64,000 bases of DNA, from assembly GCF_009914755.1 (NCBI RefSeq), contig NC_060927.1; one strand, written 5' to 3'. Shown in pieces: positions 61,966 through 64,000 of this stretch (the stretch's first letter is position 1; every line of letters begins with the position of its first letter). Source of the stretch: the human T2T-CHM13v2.0 reference genome, Homo sapiens. The position numbers were made by a program, and so were the translations under genes. Under the pieces are notes generated by a model that was not told the DNA's origin, did not search any database, and worked only from the letters and a program-made list of their open reading frames with translations.

Positions 61966-64000
61966 GTGAGTAGGGGCCTTTAGCTTTCCTTCCAGAGGCC
62001 AGAGGATCTGGGGGTCATGTTGAGAACTTAGCATCTGGTGGGAAAGGGGTCCAAGCAGTGTGTTTATATCTCCTGAGCTCTCTAGGACCCCTGGGGCACA
62101 GCAGGTCAGTCAGGTGCTTTGGAGCTAGAGGACCCCAAGTTCATCTCTGAGAGCTACAAGGCATTTTCTATATTTGGGTGTCTGGGGTGGCTCTTAGTCT
62201 CTCGTAGGAACTTGGTCACTCATTTCTACATCTCAGGATGTTCACAAAGTCCTTGCCTCTATCTCGTTTAAACCCCAAGTGAGGTAAGTGAAGTCTGCAT
62301 GTGAATTTTCTAGGAGTATAGGACAATTAATCATGTTATGATTCCACTTCTCAAATAGACTTCAGTACTTTCCTTCAGCATGTTTCTCAGGCTTAAATCA
62401 TGATTCCTTCAACCTGTTTTCCATCACTTGCATGGCGTAAGTCCTCCAGATTCCTCTTACGTTGTTTATGTCTTTCTAATTGAAAGCACTTTAGTCATCT
62501 GAAGAGGTAGAATTGTTTACATTGATGAACTGGTGACATCGTTCTTAGTTGTTTAGATATTCAGAACATGCCTTTTTTTTTCTCCTTTTTCCAAGCAATC
62601 TTTGGTTTGTTGACATGTGCCACCCAGAGTGGCTGTGATCTCTAGACGGTAGACTTAGTGTGTACTCCCACCAGTAAGTACATACCCAGTCCAGAAGGAG
62701 CTCAGATTCCTAAAAATGGAAATTATACCCGCTTCCCTTGGGATTTAATTATACTGAGGGTGGCCAGTGTACAGAGTAGCTGTGGTGGGTGCACAGGTCG
62801 GCATGGCTGTTCAGCTCACTCGGCTATGGAGGCAACCCACCTGTGTGGGAATCCAGGCTCCACCGCCTACTCAGGCATGTCACTGAACTCTCAACTAAGT
62901 CTCAGTTTCCTCAGCTGTGAAATGAAGGTCTGGTAATTAATACTTATCTTTCAGTGGTTGAGCATTAAATGAGACCATGTGTGTAAAACGTAGCACCTGG
63001 TACATAGTAAGCTTTCCGTGTATTGCACCACCAAAATTTTATGGCCAGGATATTAGGAGGCCTCTAGATTGAACTGGAAGGGGAAAATAGCTCTTGTTCC
63101 AATTGAATATTTGGCTCACTCACTCAACAATCATTTACTTATTTATGATAATTATATCGCACAGAATTGGACCCCTAAAAAAGTATGTTCACATGTCCCA
63201 TTTATTACTCAAAACAGTCTTTGAGTCAGCTATTATCGCCATGTTAGAGATTAATAAACTGGGGCTTTAGAAGTAAAAGCACCTGTCCAAAGTCCCTCAG
63301 CCAGTAAGAGGAGGAACCAGAATGTGGAGCTGGGTTTTCGGACTCAGAGGTCTAAGAAAGTACCATAGCCTTTGTCAAGGGTCACAAATTCAGGTGCATC
63401 CAAAGGTCGGGTAGCTATGGAGTGGGCTGAGTATGGAGTGGGCAGGGTGAGGAGCTGCTGAGCGCATGCCTCATGTGCAGGGGCTGGCTCCCACACAGCT
63501 CCAGGCCATTGAACCCCCAAATTTGGATTTGTATATGGCATCTTCCATGTTTTCAAGGTTGGCAACTAATTCATATTGTTTTAAACACCATGTGGGCCAT
63601 GCAGTGCTCATCTTTGGGCTAGTTTCAGGCATGGGCCATTGGTTCACAACCTTTGGTCTCTAAAATGTGCAGGGCTGTCCTAGGCAGCATGGGGGACCCT
63701 TGAGGGCAGAAAACATTTCAAGGGCCTGGCTTGGTTGGAGGTTCATCCAGAGCTTGACACAAAAGTACCAGAACCTGGGTCCTTTTCCACTTGGCCCTCT
63801 GAGTCCCCAGGCCCCTTGCATGAGAGCCCCCATGCCTAAAGAAAGCAACCTCAGTTCACCAGGCAGGACGCTGGCAGGGCTTTCTAGCAGCCTCCATGCC
63901 AGGGCACAAGGGAGCTGTGGAGAAGCTCTCATGGCTCTTACTTTTTCTGCCTTATCTAGTGCTAGGCTTAGGGCCGGTGCCCATAGGTCACTTCTGAAAG

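Noticed and set aside
61966-64000. Search for the ARPC4 terminal exon or any RNA gene
   Set aside because: No convincing acceptor followed by the expected Phe-stop was seen, so the last exon is downstream of the window. I recognised no tRNA, snoRNA or miRNA, but cannot exclude them without covariance-model searches.

Overview
Human genomic DNA from the gene-dense, Alu-rich 3p25.3 locus. It holds the 3' part of BRPF1 (+, bromodomain to PWWP), complete OGG1 (+), complete CAMK1 (-), complete TADA3 (-) and ARPC4 exons 1-5 (+; last exon is beyond the window). I assembled each coding region by hand from GT/AG junctions. The complete ones give CAMK1 370 aa, TADA3 432 aa, OGG1-1a 345 aa and OGG1-2a 424 aa. 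This haplotype carries the OGG1 Cys326 allele. I found no new gene system. The most unusual architecture is the OGG1/CAMK1 interlock: back-to-back poly(A) signals 12 nt apart, a type-2 OGG1 terminal exon read from the antisense strand of a CAMK1 coding exon and then from a probable MaLR LTR, and a cassette exon inside a CAMK1 intron. Smaller oddities include a mariner MADE1-like element whose interior is a 47-bp copy of sequence 2.3 kb away, a poly(A)-only retroinsertion with an 18-bp TSD, a doubly deleted mini-Alu with an intact TSD, and a TADA3 intron bounded by a 13-bp direct repeat. Gene, isoform and repeat-family names come from recalled knowledge, not from a database search. Repeat boundaries are approximate.
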